The notes below the pieces were generated by a model. That model saw only the letters and a program-made list of their open reading frames with translations, was not told the origin of the DNA and ran no database searches. Below are positions 25,193-39,203 of a stretch of DNA of 64,000 nt, piece by piece. Made by a program: the position numbers and the translations under genes. How positions within the stretch are numbered: the stretch's first letter is position 1; every line of letters begins with the position of its first letter. This DNA comes from Vicugna vicugna (taxonomy: Eukaryota), in NCBI GenBank assembly GCA_013265495.1, contig MU058824.1, positions 3,251,111 to 3,315,110 of the forward strand, written 5' to 3'.

Positions 25193-26615
25193 ACTTTTTA
25201 AATTGAGATGTAGTTTGCTTACACAATTCACCGTTTAAGGTGTACAGTTCATCAATTCTTAGTGTGGTCAGAGTTGTGCGGCCATCACCACAGTCTATTT
25301 TAGAACATTTTCTTTCCCTCTGAAAGAAACACCATGCCCATTAGTGATCATTACCCCTATTTACCCTCTTCCCCAGCCCCTGGCAACCACTAATTTACTT
25401 TTTGTCTTTATGGATTTTCCTATTCTGGACATTTCATGTAAATGGAATTGTACCCTTTGTGACTGTGTCTAGCATGTTTTCAGGGTTCATCCATATTGTA
25501 GCATGTATTGGTATTTCCTTACTTTTTATTGCCAAATAATATTCCACCACGCTTTGTTTATCCATTCTTTTGGGGGGAGGGAGGTAATTAGATTTTATTT
25601 ATTTATTTTTTTAAACAGAGGTACTGGGGATTGAACCCAGGACCTCATACATACTAAGGACATGCTCTACTACTGAGCTATATCCTCTCCATCTCTCCTC
25701 ATTTATCCATTCTTTTGATGGCTGTTACTGTTTTTTTTCTGATACGAATTAGTTTTTCTTTTTTTCAAAGGCTGGTTATACTGCTAACTTGGTCAGCTAC
25801 TCACAGATTTCAATATCTTCAATTTAGTACTAACATAATATTTTATTAATTTAGTATGGATATGCGAAATAAGATCATTCTGGCAGTTTTGGTCACAACC
25901 TTTTTTTCCATTTTTTTTAATTTGGTAAAATACATATAAAAAATTTCCCATCTTATCAATTTTTAAGTGTTAAGTGGTATTAAATATATTCATAATATGT
26001 GTAACCATCACCACCATTTCTCTATAACTTTTCATCTTGTAAAACTGAAACTCTATAGCTGTTACACAATAATTCTCCATTCCCTCTTCTCCCAGCCCCT
26101 CATAGCTACCATTCTACTTTCTGTCTCTGATTTTGACTACTCTAAGTATCTCACTTAAGTAGAATCATAACAGTATTTGTCTTTTGTAACTGGCTTATTT
26201 AATTTAGCAGAATGTCCTAACATTCATCCATGTTGTAGCATGTGTCAGAATTTCCTTTCTTTTTAAGGCTGAGTGATACCCCATTGTATGTAGTTACGAC
26301 ATCTGGCTTATTCATTCATCCGTCTTTGGACACGTGGGTTGCCGCTACATTTTAGCTATTGTGAGTGATGCTGTTGTGAACATGGATGTATAGATACCTC
26401 TACATTTAATGTTTTAAGGAACCACTATCCTGTGTTCCATAGCAGCTGTACCACTTTACATTTTCAGCAACAGGGCACAAGGATTCCAGTTTCTCCATAT
26501 CCTTGTCAACAGTTTTTTTGATAGTAGCCATCCTAGTGAGTGTGAAGTGGTATCTCACTGTAGTTTTAATTTGCATTTCCTTAGTGATGCTGAGCATGTT
26601 TTCATGTGTTTATTA
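25193..26615 (-). mobile_element. L1M 3'-end fragments in the TOMM5 intron (about 25193-25560 and 25905-26615)
   Basis: ccccagcccctggcaaccactaat... and gtgaagtggtatctcactgtagttttaatttgcatttcc. The minus-strand ORF has L1 ORF2 C-terminal MQIKTTVRYHFT. Confidence 0.85.
25572..25701 (-). mobile_element. tRNA-Ala-derived SINE (camelid vic-1-like)
   Basis: Minus strand has A-box TAGCTCAG, B-box GGTTCAATCC and an A-rich tail. TSD TTTATCCATTCTTTT at 25557-25571 / 25702-25716. Confidence 0.85.
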
Positions 26616-27216
26616 TGGCCATAGCACTTTTACACAGGGCAGTAATATCACTTCTTTAGATTCGTCTGACAACACTTCCGCATTTATAGCTACACCACCC
26701 TACGAGACCCTCATAATAACTGAAGTGGGACTGTATCAGGTGTGACCTGGAGCACCTAAGTGGTATAACTGGTCAGTAAGGGAACCAAAACATGTGCCCA
26801 GCACTTTTGGATCCTGCTCCAAGAGTTTTCCCTCACCCTTTGCCTTCTTTCAAATGCATTTTTAAAAGTAAAAACGCTAATTTGTTCTAGAGTTTTGTTC
26901 CTTTGACTGTTAAATCACAAGTAAAGGCTTGTCATTTGAAGGAGGACTGGATTTACTTTTTATGGTCCTAAGAGGAGGACTACCTGGAGAAAAGAATTTC
27001 TGTAATGTAAGAAAGAACTTTATAGGAGGCCTAGCTGCATGACAGTGGGATGGGCTGCCTTGAAAGACAGTGAGTCCCTTTTGCTGGGTGTGCACTTGGA
27101 GTTTTGAAAAAATGTGTTAAACTAATTGTTAATCTTTATACCCAATCTTATAATTGCATAACGTAACCTGTCGGCTAACAGATCTGAAAACAAATCTGGG
27201 TTTATTTTTCTTTCAG

Positions 27217-27251
27217 CTCCTTTTATCTTAAAGAAATTGGACAGCATATGA
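27217..27251 (+). CDS. TOMM5: TOMM5 coding exon 2 (C-terminus TPFILKKLDSI*)
   Basis: Acceptor tttatttttctttcAG at 27215-27216 with branch-like CTAAC at 27175-27179. Splicing to exon 1 completes a 51-aa protein ending at TGA 27249-27251. Confidence 0.96.
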
Positions 27252-27750
27252 AGAGTGGGCATCACGGGTGAATGCATGATATGAAGAACCTGGTTACAGT
27301 TTCTCCTCCTATCTGCAAACGAATAGGCCCAGACAGATGTAAGAGACTCTTTGAATGGACATAAAAATTCTACTTGTTAAGAACAAGTTTGGCTCTGGTA
27401 ACTCACCTTTATAGTTAAAAGATAAAGCTATTTGCGATTTATGAAAAGATGTTTTGTGGTCATAGTACACCTTTTTGCCTGTGATATTCAGCCTCATGAA
27501 TGTTGGTATAATTGTAAGTGGTGTCATACTCCATTTTCTAGCAAGTATTAATTATAAGGGAATTAAGTCTGCAATGGCACTGTCTTACGAGTCATTTCTG
27601 TGGATTTTTTTACTTTTGTCTGGCATATATTTGTTGAAGAGTTCCTTTCAATTACTTATGTTTTATGGAAGCCAGCACACAATGCCATCATTTAAGCACA
27701 GGCCCATTGGTCTATATTTTTAATAAACATACCAACTAAGAAAAATAGAG
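27252..27750 (+). other. TOMM5: TOMM5 3' UTR with poly(A) signal
   Basis: AATAAA at 27722-27727 followed by a U-rich downstream stretch. The cleavage site is approximate. Confidence 0.7.
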
Positions 27751-27900
27751 CTTTTATTTTTTTAACTCACTTTTTGCTGCAAACCAACCATCACTGGTGA
27801 GACTACTATAATGTAGTGACTGTTGCAAACTGCATTGGGTTCCTCTTGTTTTGGACTGGAGAATTTGCTAATCCTGATAAGACAACATGGTTTTATTCTT

Positions 27901-28050
27901 ATTTTAAGTTTTTTTTTTGTTGTTGTTGGGGCCGGAGGTAATTAGGTTTATTTAGTATTTATTTATTCTTAGGGGAGGTACTGGGGATTGAACCCAGGAC
28001 CTCCTGCATGCTAAGCATGTGCTCTACCACTTGAGCTATACCCTCCCCTC
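27901..28050 (-). mobile_element. tRNA-Ala-derived SINE (camelid vic-1-like)
   Basis: Same family as the 25572 copy. TSD ATGGTTTTATTCTT at 27887-27900 / 28055-28068. Confidence 0.88.
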
Positions 28051-29210
28051 TAATATGGTTTTATTCTTCAGCAGTCTTTGTCAAAGGCAATGTTACTGCT
28101 TGAGGTTGAGACTATGTTAATAAATACCACCAAAGGGGAAAAATGCTATATTTAAGTCAGTTCTCCAAGTTTGTTGGGAGAAGGGGATAGTCCTTAACCT
28201 TCTTTCCAGTTGTAACTACATTCACCTCTTTTTAGCTAATTATATTGGATTTACCTTCTTGTCTCTAGATAACATAATTATGTTGTAACTTTATGATTTT
28301 CCTGTTTTAGACATTGCCTACTGACTTCTTCACATATGTAAGGCTCTGGGTCTCTTTCCTTCCCTCCCTCACTCACACATCTCATTTCTTTTTCTTTCCA
28401 GTGTACTAATTAGTGTGGTTTTGATTAGATTGATTTCACTAGGAATCCAAATGCTGTTGTTTTCTTTTCCTGTGTATCTTTTTCATTTTCCTAGACTTAG
28501 TTTTTTTATGAACCTACCACATTACATCAGCTAAACTTTTTGCCATATATCTAAGTTACTTATGGCATTCAGTGTCATGAGCTGTGCTGTTTTGTCTTCC
28601 TGAATGAGTTTTTCCTGGAGCCTTCTGACCTGCCCCGGTCTGGACTGATAGTCTTCTGTGCCTGATGTGTGGCTTTATTCTGGGACCTCCCTTCACCATC
28701 ATCCTGGGAATTCCTTTTCTCCTTTCCCATGTTGGCTGTCTTGTTTTCTGTATCTTATTTTCTGTATCTCATGTCCAGTATATGTCTGTTCACTGAGTCT
28801 GTATTGAGTACATTACTCCTGCCCATAACTGTCTGGTATCTCACAACCCGGAGAACCTCCTATTTTACCCTTTTCAGAAAATAAAAGGGAAAGAGAGGCT
28901 GCTTAACTTTGTAGATTTGCAGACAGCATCGGCCTACTTAAAACATTAACCAGTTTTTTAGTGTCTAGTCCTTCATGTCCTACTTTCAAAGGCACATGAA
29001 GCCAACGATTCTTGAACCTTTTAGGGATTCTATGCTGTATATTGGGTTATTACTTGTTTTGCTTTTCCTACTGCTTGACTCAGAATTTAGTTTTCTTGGG
29101 TCTACCATGTTATTTACTCCTGTCCACATGCTTTCCACCTTCTAACTTTGTTGCTATTGTCTCCTTTACTCCTTTTCCATCTTTTTAAGTGTGTACCTAA
29201 ATAATTTTTT

Positions 29211-29320
29211 TGGTGGGGGGGGATTAGGTTTATTTATTTACTTTTTTTTCAGAGGGGATTGAACCGAGGACCTCGTGCATGCTAAGCATATGCTCTACTA
29301 CTTTGAGCTATACCTTCCCA
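29211..29320 (-). mobile_element. tRNA-Ala-derived SINE (camelid vic-1-like)
   Basis: Core ggggattgaaccgaggacctcgtgcatgctaagcat..gagctatacc, with the same tail motif as the other copies. Confidence 0.82.
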
Positions 29321-30689
29321 CCAAACAGTTTTTACACAAACATCTTAAGGCAAAAATCCTTGATGTTGTTTAATAGAATTTCAGGAGGGAGTGGAAGTAA
29401 AGGCAGGTGCTCAATCCACCATCTTTGCCCAGACAGCATGCATTTTAACCCTGTGATGCTATGTTTTACATTGGTAATTTATATCCATTCCTGACTAAAG
29501 TGGGTGCAGTGTATAACACTATGGTTGTAAACACTGGCTCTAAAGACAGGCAGACCTGATTTCGCTTCCTGGCTCCAACACTTATGAGGTGGATGACTTT
29601 AAGCAACTGAACATCTGTATCTCATTCTCTTCATCTGTAAAATTAGCATGACAGAAACATCTGTCTACTTCAAAGTACTGTAAGGCTGTAGTGAGAGAGT
29701 GCACGTAGAGCGGTTAGCACAGTGCTGACGTTTGGTAAACGCTAGCTGTTGATGGTTACTCTCTGGTATAAGGTGTTTAGAAGTGATTGTGCTGGCACTC
29801 ATTGCATTAATAGGTTTCATTCATATTTGCAGATGCGTGAGATAGCATGCTTATCCTCTGAGTGTATATAAACTTCAAAATTACCAAACACCTAAAATGC
29901 ATCATCTAAAAACAGCCTGAACCAATCAATGTTAATGCCATTTTACAGATGGGGATTTTGAGACTCTGGAAGTTTCAGTGGCTAATAAATGGCAGCTGGC
30001 CAAAGGTTTAGGGTCTTTTAATATTTATTTATTGTACTCTATTCTTAAGGGCTTTTCTTGGGGTGAGGGATGATTGTTACCCTGGTTCCACCATATGTGC
30101 AGGCTGGAATAAGAGAAAATGTGATGGTATAGTTTTTTATGACTGACTTAAAAATTCAGGCTATAAACTCCACTAGGGGTACCTAATACTTGTAATAAAC
30201 AGTTCTGAAAAAGTACGTTAGAAAACAGTTGGATATACACACACACACACCCCACCATGTATGTTTGGTTTAAATATGTGATATGAAATGGTAAATAACC
30301 ATAGCAGATTTGAGTGGTATAAACTCTTGAAATGCATCATAGAAAAAAAAATTTCTGTTAATTCTCCAAAAACAGGTTTGTGTAGAGTGATAAAAACTAA
30401 GTGGGAATTTTATTTCTAAATTAGGTTAGTGTTCTTCTGCTGTCAGTGCATTCCATTTTCAAGCTCTGTTTAAATGTGGTTATCCATGGGGAAAAGGTAG
30501 AGAAGGGAGGGTCAGGCAGGAGTCATATTAATCAAGGTGGGGAGTTCAGAGTTGCTTACTGACACCTGGATGCAATGTGGGAACCAGATTTGAAGGGGAG
30601 ATCAAAGGGGCTGAGTGAGCTGACCAGTATGTATTTATTCGGAGAAGTGTAGTGTAGGGGAAAGAAAGGATTCAGGGAAGACTCTTAAG

Positions 30690-31033
30690 GTGTGGAGATT
30701 ATTCTAGATTATCTGGGTGGACCTAGTGTAATCACAAGGGTCTTATAAGAGGGAGAAAGAAGGTTCAGAGTCAGAGAAGTTACAACAGAAGCAGAGGTTG
30801 GAATGACACACCAGGGAATGTGGGCAGCCTCTGTGTTCCAGAAGTTGGGAAAGGTGAGGCACAAATTCTCCCCTGGAGCCTCCAGAAGGACCACAAATCT
30901 GCTGACACCTTGACTTTAACCCCTTAAGACCTGTTTCAAACTTCTGGCCTGCACTACTGGAAGATAATAATTTGTGTTGTTTTAAGCCACTAAGTTTGAA
31001 CAATTTGTTATAGCAGCAATAGCAAACTAATAC
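30690..31033 (+). mobile_element. MaLR LTR (MLT1-type) fragment
   Basis: gattatctgggtggacctagtgtaatcacaagggtc... ending ttgttatagcagcaatagcaaactaataca. Confidence 0.85.
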
Positions 31034-31299
31034 ATTTATAGCACTCCTTCCTCCATGTCCTGTTATTTTGGCCTCATCTTCTTCATTATCTACGCAAATC
31101 CCTTACTTGTTCTACCACCTCTTGCAAACTGTATTATTCACTGACTACATGATCATTCTTGAAATATTTTCTGGGGCTAGATTATCCTCTCTTTATAAAC
31201 TGTCTAAGCCAAAACCATGGCTTTAATTACCATCTATCTAGAAGAAATTCCTGATCTTTATTTCAGGTTGAAATGTTGGCCATTGTTGGACCAACACCC

Positions 31300-32045
31300 T
31301 GGTCCAATTCACCATCATCTCTTTTCTGAATTATTGCAACAGCCTCCTAACTAGATTCCCTGCTTCCACTCTTGCCCCTCTAGTCTGTTCTCAACACAGC
31401 AATCAGTGGTCTTCTGAAAAATTAAGCCAGAAAATGTTACTCCTGCTGGAAACTATTCAAGGGAGTAAAAGCCAAAGTCCTTCTTGTTGCCCACGGAGTT
31501 TGTACATTCTGGTCCTCGTTACATCTCTGATCTTATCTTTTTATGACTCTCCTCTTACCTCACTGCACACCAGCCACACTGGCCTTTTGCTTCTTCAAAC
31601 GAACAAAACATGCTTTTGCCTCAGGACCTTTGCACTGCCGATTTCCTCTGCCTAGAATACTCTCTTCCCATAGTTTTGGGCCTCTACTTAAATGGCATTT
31701 TTCCAATGAGGCCTTTACCAACTCTTTTAAAGATTGTTTCAATTGGTGACAGTCCAGCAAGTTGTATACTTATGATATTTATTATACTTACGATTTTTTT
31801 CTATAGTTACATTACAGTTAAATAATTTCTTAAAAATTAAAACCTCTCCAGCACACCATACCCCTCCTCTTTATTTGTCTTCCTGGCACTTATTTAGTAT
31901 ATTTTTTCTTATTTTGTTAATTGTCTCCCTTTGTTAAATATATGCTTGATGAAGGCAGGGATTTTGTCTTAATATATTTATTCACTGTAGTATCCTAGGA
32001 CCTAGAAGAATCACTGGTAGGCACTCAGTATTCATTGAATAATAG
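31300..32045 (+). mobile_element. L2 3' fragment
   Basis: gcaacagcctcctaact.., ctcaggacctttgcactg.., ending gtaggcactcagtattcattgaat. Confidence 0.75.
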
Positions 32046-32949
32046 AATTGAGTGAGAGTGGAGAGTTAGTTTTTAACTAGTTATGGGAAGTATGAAAGTA
32101 AGCTAACTAGAAAAAGGTCAGATGGTATTGACACCCAGTTAACACAGGTGATCACGGATTTGCAGTGCTTGGATGCGGGCTTTTTCTGCAGCACTGCTCT
32201 GCCGGAGCTCGGAGAAGGCAGAGAGTTGGATTCATCCGGGGTGGCGCTTACCCAGTGGATAAGGCGATGTGACAGGGCCAGAGAGTGACTACATAGTGTA
32301 CAACGCGTCTAACGTGGATAGGGTGGAAAAGGCAGGAGGGAGCCAATGGCCAAGGAGAAAACAGGGGGGTCAGCCCTGCTGAGGGCAACTGCAGGACTGG
32401 GAGCAGTGGACAGCAGCTCTGATTGTTACGCCCAAAATACCTTTCCTTCACTTTCAGTGAGGACAAAAGTTCGTGTTCTGAAAAACAGAATCCATTCGTT
32501 TTTGTTTGCTTTCCAAAGAGAGGCATATTACCAACTTGTGGCCTTCTGGGTTATTTCCACAAGATATGGTATATCAGAGTTTGTCGGTTTCACAGCTAAG
32601 CATATGTGAAGTAGTCTCACAAGGACCATATCTGACCGACCACCACAACTTACTCTCCCTCAGTTTATATGTTCATTAGGAGGAAAGAAAGTAGCTAAGT
32701 ATAAATATGTTCATGATACCAAGAGACTGAAGACTAATTTTGATGGGACAGTGGGGAAACATAATGAAGACTACTGGATGTGGTACAGCAATGGGAGCTT
32801 ATATGATGCTTTTTTTCCCAAATTTAAATTGCATTGTCTCTGATTATTTGAATTGATGGAAGAGATCTGCTTTGGGTAACCAGTCATTGAATTTACTTTA
32901 AATTAAAGTCCCTTTCAGTTTTGAAATTCTGGACTGGTTTAGGAATAAG

Positions 32950-33330
32950 ATCAAATAAAACAAAGTGAAAGCAATTTTCGGTTGCATCAGTAAAATTACC
33001 ACATTGAGGTCTCCAGATCTGACAGGCGCTTCAAGAGTAGCCACCTTGCCAGGGTGGAGTTTGGTAGAGTACTGAAGGTGTCTGGAAACCATGCTATTAG
33101 AGAAATGATTAAAAGAATTAGAGGTGTTTAGCTTTGAGAAGAACTATAGTGGGGGGTTAAGAGCTGTTTGAAAAACTAAGAGTTGTCATACCAAAAAAAG
33201 AGTAACGGTCCCGTAAGGCAGAATAGGATAAAGGTTTGGAAGCTAAGAGGAAAGATGCCTTCTTGAACTCCCTAACAACTGCTGTGACCAAGGTGGGCTG
33301 GGTCCCAGAAGGGTACTTCACTGGAAATGT
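32950..33330 (+). mobile_element. L3/CR1 fragment (similar relics near 5850 on -, 18050, 26920, 59600)
   Basis: CR1 3' motifs ggtgtctggaaaccatg..aaagaattagaggtgtttagc..gagaag. Confidence 0.55.
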
Positions 33331-36259
33331 ATGACTCTGAACATGGATACGCTACAGCAGGGACTGCCACTGTTGGGGGGGAAGTTTCTGTCATTATCTT
33401 TTTCCTTTGAATACTACTTGAATATTATAGGTTTTAGCTCATATTTTTCTGCCCCACATAATATATACAAAGAAGGAGTGGAATTAATGACTGCTGAATT
33501 GAAGGTGGAAAAGGATTGACTTTCAGACACTACCTATTGTCCAGGCCTCTGAAAAATATTCCCAGTGTATTTGGTGGAGGTGATCACATTCACAGATACT
33601 TCTTTAGTGACTACAGAGGACCAGGCATTGTAGTAGGTGAGGGATACAGAAGATCAGTCATTGTACCGGTCCCTTACAAAGTAGCAGGGGAGTCAGAAAT
33701 TATCTAACTTCATCAATAATTCATTATATTATACAAACTGCTGTGAGAGTGAAGTAAAGGTAGCTGTGGGGACATGAAATAAGGGAGCCCTGACCTATTG
33801 GGGTGGGGAGGAAGCCGGGAGGGCTCCCGGAGGAAGTGACACATAAGATTTGGAAGAACAGGAACTGGCCATATGAAAGAGGGGAGGAGTTGAAAAAGTG
33901 TTAAAGCATATGTGTTCAAGGAAGAAAGAAGGCCAGTGTGACAAGTGTGCTGAGCACAGAAGAGCAAGAAAACCTTCAGTTCTTTCCCAAACTCCTGTTG
34001 TCTATTGTTTTCATACTTTAGTCTTAAGAAAGAGACCCCATCCTGACATCTGCTGGCTAGTGTATATACTGCAGTTCCAAATGATAACGACACAAGAAAG
34101 CCTTAGTAACCTGCTATTTAAAGGCTACAATAATAAATTAGAAATTAAGTGCCAGGTCTCTTCCCTGCTCTATCAGAGGCATCACCCAGGAGACCATGAG
34201 CAGCTGCTCCTTGCGTGTACTCAGTATTACAGCCATGCTTATTATGTGGTGCCATTTGCCTGCTTTTGTGCAAGTTCACAAAAACACAGAAATCACATAT
34301 GTAAAAGTTGAATAGACTTCTTAGTGAGATGTAAAAACATTACAAAATCACTTTATGCACTTTTTATCTTTTAAACACATATCTGATGAAATATTTTCAG
34401 AGGTATAAAAGGTTCTTAAATTGTTTTCTTCATAAACACACAGCTGGCTTTAGTCCAGTAAACATTCTACTAAGATTAAAGATCTGCTTTAAGCATGTCG
34501 GATAATTTGCATCTTTTTCTCATTTTCCACTTACATCTATCTATAAAAGAAAAAACTACCAAAAAAAAGTTTAATATTACATAAATAGCAGTACAATGAT
34601 ACTGCTGCATTTGAAACTTCCGCTGGCAGCCGCCTCGCCATGCAGTTGATTGAAATATTCAGTAATCGCTGACATTAAAAGATAAATTTGGTGAACAAAG
34701 GGTGACTTAGAGACATCGATCTGTAATGTAGAAAATGTAGGTTGTCAGAGAGTACAGGTCTGTTAGGAAGGAACACTAGAATTCAAAGTTCTCAGCTGTG
34801 CTATTAACTATGTGACTATGAGTCAGATTTTTCCTTGCAAACACTAAGATCCAGCTGTGGTAGATTTAAGGAGAAAAGTAATTCATTAAAAGGATTTTAG
34901 GTAGTTTAGCATCACCAGGAGGCCTGAAGACTAGGTAGCTGGAACATCACCCTTTGTCATTTGGTCACTCCACTCAACTGGTGCATTGAGGACACCATCT
35001 CTGAGGATTAGATGTCCCTACGTATTACCAAGGCCAAAGATCTCTGGACTATCATGGCAGCCAGTATGGCTCAAAGAACTTCATCCTGCTGTATTTGTCA
35101 TGGTCATCAAAGAGATTACTCCAAACTTCCACTTTGGTGTGTCTCTGGTTCCCAACTCAAAGTCCATTTTGTAGTGGTTTGTAGTGTCAGAGTCACATGG
35201 AGAAGCAGAAAAAATCTGGATTTCAGCTTCTAAGTGAAAGACATGTTCTGATTCCTAGTAAGCTCACGAGGTGGGGAGTTCCCAAAAGTAGGAAGGGAGT
35301 TCAGATACTGGGCAGCCGAAAGGATGACATATTTACTATGTTGACCCTGGACAAACCACTCTGAGCCTCATTTGTCTACAAAACTAGGTAAATAAAGTTC
35401 ACATGGCTGAGAAGATACTGTATGTTTACTTATTCATTTTACAATAAATACCAGAGGGCAACGATGAGCAAGTCCTCTCTAGTCTAACGGAGGAGAGAAT
35501 CAGTCGACAGCAAGTGGTAGATCAGAGGTGTGCACAGGAGAGATGAGGGCAGCAGGAAGAGAGGACTCAACTGTGGTTTAGAAATAGTGTTCTTGTAGTT
35601 AAGTACTTATATATAAAAACAGATTTTCCGTGTGACAAGTGATTCTTGCACCACTAGTGAAGAAGACCGACAGCAGGCTCTTGTAGAAAGCGGCTATTGC
35701 ATTCCTTTGAAAGGCTTAGCTGTTTTATAGAAATGCCAAAATAATGTTGGCTGGCATAAATCCAGAAACTCAGGCTTTTGATTGCTTTTTGACAGATGTT
35801 TAGACTGCCAGTTTCATACAGTGGGACACTCTTCAAAGGATGAAACATGGTATAGCTTTGCCAGTCATTAATAGTGAGCTAAATCATCATTGTAGTGTGA
35901 ACCTCCCCTGTTCTGATCTGACCTAAGTCGAGTGGTCTACTATTTGTATCTAGCTATTGTGTGTACAGCTTTGTTTTTGCTTCAAATAAATTGCTGGGCT
36001 TAGGCTTAGGGTGTGATTTTTTTTTCCATTTATAAAAGAGAGAAGCTGCATGATAACTTAGGTCTCACTCAGAGTATTATCTGTGATAATACTAAATTCA
36101 TCATGTGGTAATAACAGATGGAATGTATTTTTATAGACTACATTCTATAGAACCAAGGACTGGCATAGGTCAGTGGGACCCCAGAGGTCAGCTATTACAA
36201 ACCACAATCTGGTGCAATCATGTCTTTTTCACAGCATTCTAGGTTACATTTCTAAAATC

Positions 36260-37085
36260 CAGAGGTCTATATCCAAATGCCTTTTGATATATCCATTTGG
36301 ATGACACACAAGCATTTAAAATTTAACAGATCCAAAACTGAGTTCTTAATCTCCCTCCCAACTCCCATATATGTTCCCCTTACAATAGTTACAGTTTACC
36401 TTAATCGCACTTTCATGGGCCCAGTCCTAGGTTAAGCTAGGAGACTGGGGAATTCCCTTAATTTCCCACATGAAGCCAGTTTGCCCCTACTTCAAAGAAG
36501 TATCTCAAATCCATTTCTCTCCATCTTCACTACCATTACTCCAGTCCAAGTCTTAACCAATCTCCCTGCCTCCCACTCTTACTTTTGTCTATTCTCCACA
36601 CAGTCGCTGGCATACTTAAAAAAAAAAAAGTTATCAAATCATCTACATCCTCCACCCTTCAGTGGCTTCCTTTTGCATACAATTTAAAAGTCCATATCAT
36701 GGCCTACTAAATGCTGCATGATCTGGCCCCTACCTACCTTTAACTCCACTTACATTGCCCTCTGTCAACACAATAAGCTTCAGACAAACTAGATATCTTC
36801 CATTTACCCAAAGAGCAATCTTCTCTCCCCTGCCCCACCCCACCCAAGAGCTTTCACAAGGCTCTACCTGCCTCTCTTCGATCTGGCTAACTCCTTACCT
36901 TTCTCCGAAAGGTCCCTGACCACCCTCCCTTACCCCCAGTTTTAAATCAGGGTTCCTTCAGTGCACTTACACAACTTTAAATACATGCTTACTTAAATGA
37001 TACCTGATTAATAGTCTACCTTCTCCACTCGACAATTAACTTGAGGACAGGAACCTCTTAAATTTGTTCATCTCTGTGCCCATGA
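36260..37085 (+). mobile_element. L2 fragment upstream of the FBXO10 promoter
   Basis: tccaaaactgagttctt.., gcatgatctggcccctacctacct... Confidence 0.65.
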
Positions 37086-37379
37086 TAAACAGCTACAGCA
37101 GCAGCAGCAACACTGTTAACATTTACTATGTGGCAGGCCCTGTGCTGAACGCTATACATAAAATTACTTAATATATACGTCCAGCATATTGTTTGGCCCA
37201 TGGCCAGTGGTCAGTTTGTTGAGCGAATGAATACAGTTCCTATGTGTACACTTGTAAAGTTGCTCACTACCCGCTGGAACAGCCCATTACACTGATAGGT
37301 AACTGGTGATTGGAAGAATCGTCTTTATATTGACCCCAGCTGCTTCCCTGCAATTTCCGCCCACTGATTCTATTTCTGC

Positions 37380-38060
37380 CCTCGTGGGGCTACGCAGCCT
37401 TATCGTCCTTCCAGCAGCTCGACTTCACAGCATCTGAAGACTCATCCGTCCCCCTAGCGCCTCCCTTTCCCACCCTCCCTGCAGAGACCCCTCAGAGTTC
37501 CCTTCGACGGCGGGGGTCCGGAAGCCCAGCCGCGGCGCGTGCCCGCGCTTCGGGCATCTCGGGCCCCGCGCATCACGTGGCGGCGCCCGCCCCCTCCTCC
37601 CCACCACCGGCTCGGTTAGTACCGCCCCCGGGCGGGGCTCGAGGCGTGCCCGCCCGCCCCTGGCCGCGCGCCGCAGTTCTCGCCGCTCCGCTGCGGCCCC
37701 GGCGCCCGCGGCCCGCACTGCTGTGGGCGAGCGCCGGGGACAGCTCCAGCCCAGGTAAGCGGGGCCGGCCCGCGGGGGCTGCGGGCCAAGTGCTTCCGCC
37801 CGCGTCCACGGGATGCCCCGGGCCGGGAGCAGGGGAGCGGCCTAGGAGAGGGGGCTCGGGTGCCCGGGTGCCCGGGGACTGCTTCCCAGGGACCTGGGGC
37901 GCTTCTCGTGGAGCCCGGCCCAGGAGACGCCGCTCGGTCCTGCCAGAGGCTGAGCACCTGGCGCGGGCGGGACCGGGAGGGAGTGCCCTGCGGCGGCCCG
38001 CCGCCCCGCGCTCCCGGAGTCTGCTGGCATCTGGAGGCTCAGCTGCGCCGGAGAACAGCT
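37380..38060 (+). promoter_or_regulatory. FBXO10 CpG-island promoter
   Basis: Very GC- and CpG-rich, with GC boxes, E-box CACGTG at 37574-37579 and ETS-like CCGGAAG near 37518. Confidence 0.85.
37650..37754 (+). other. FBXO10: FBXO10 non-coding exon 1 (5' boundary uncertain)
   Basis: Strong donor CAG|GTAAGC at 37755 inside the CpG island. The first coding exon has only 6 nt of UTR after its acceptor, so an upstream exon is required. Confidence 0.7.
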
Positions 38061-39166
38061 GTGCCTTGGTTTCCCCTCCTGTGAAATGACCGGGTTGGGA
38101 AGATGAACCTCTGCGGTTTCCTCTCAGCGTTTAGATTTTGCGAGTGTGTTTGTGAAGTCAAAGAGGAAGAAGCCGACTCATGAGGTGGGAGGAACCCTCA
38201 CATAGGAATGCAGGAGAGAGTGTCGGGGCCGGGCACCTATTAAGTGTTTTCTGTATTTTGTACATAATCGCAAGCCTCTCAGAGACTCGGTTTCTCCGTT
38301 TATCTTTAAAGTAAAGGTGATAACCCCTGCTCTGCCTTGCTCACAGGATTCCAGTGAAGAACAGATGGGAAAGCCATCTGAAGAGCCAGAACTCTGGAGT
38401 CAGTCAGACCTGGGTTCAAATTCTAGTTCTGCCACTGTGTGACCACCAGCCAGATAGAACACCTACCTGTTAAAAGAAGATAATAACAGTAATTAGCACT
38501 TGAGGTTCTTGTGAGGATTAAGTGTAAAGGGCTTAGCACCGTGTCTGACACAGAAGTGCTCAATAATTAGGGCTCTTTAGTACAAGTATTATTAAATTAG
38601 TAAGCTAGAGAGCCCTTCACATGAGGGGTGTTTAGAATAATCACACTTCTGTTTCTGTATATTTGATTTTGATTTCCTAAGGAAGGGGTAGAGGGGGACC
38701 CTTTCCTCTTATCTCTTTCTGGGCCCCCTTTGCCTTCTCATTTACAGTTGGCATGTGAACCTGTTGTTCCTACCAAATCAGTCCGGCAGGAGGGAAACAT
38801 TAATGTACTGGAGCAGATGGGTATCACATTCTCTTTGAGGGGAAAGAAAAGTGCCAGGCATGTGCTGCCACCAAAAAAAGCACAATACAGTGATTGACTG
38901 TCAGGGCTGGAAGATGCTTAGGAAACCGTCTAATCCAGCTGTCTCCTTAGGCAAATGGAGAAACTGGACCTAGAATTGAGGACAGGACTTTTGATTTTCT
39001 CAGGACCTGGCAGAATGTTGGCACTGGATGGTGGAAAGAATGCACGCTGTTTACCAGATGCTGTACTTTCCCTGAGTTCTAACCTAATTCTTCATGTATT
39101 CAACAAGTATTTATGGAGCACCTACTGTGTGCTTGTATACCTACTAGAAGCTGGAGAAGGAATTAC

Positions 39167-39203
39167 ATACACACACACACACACACACACACATACACAT
39201 ACA
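39167..39203. repeat. (CA)n microsatellite
   Basis: Direct reading; shorter CA/TG runs at about 30236, 47899 and 52268. Confidence 0.9.

Noticed and set aside
27975..28047. tRNA-Ala(AGC)-like sequences
   Set aside because: They have A-rich tails, TSDs and stem mismatches, so they are SINEs rather than tRNA genes.
37425..38089. Several Arg/Pro/Gly/Ala-rich ORFs of 62-170 aa on both strands
   Set aside because: Expected in a stop-poor CpG island; no recognisable protein, and the FBXO10 ATG lies in exon 2.
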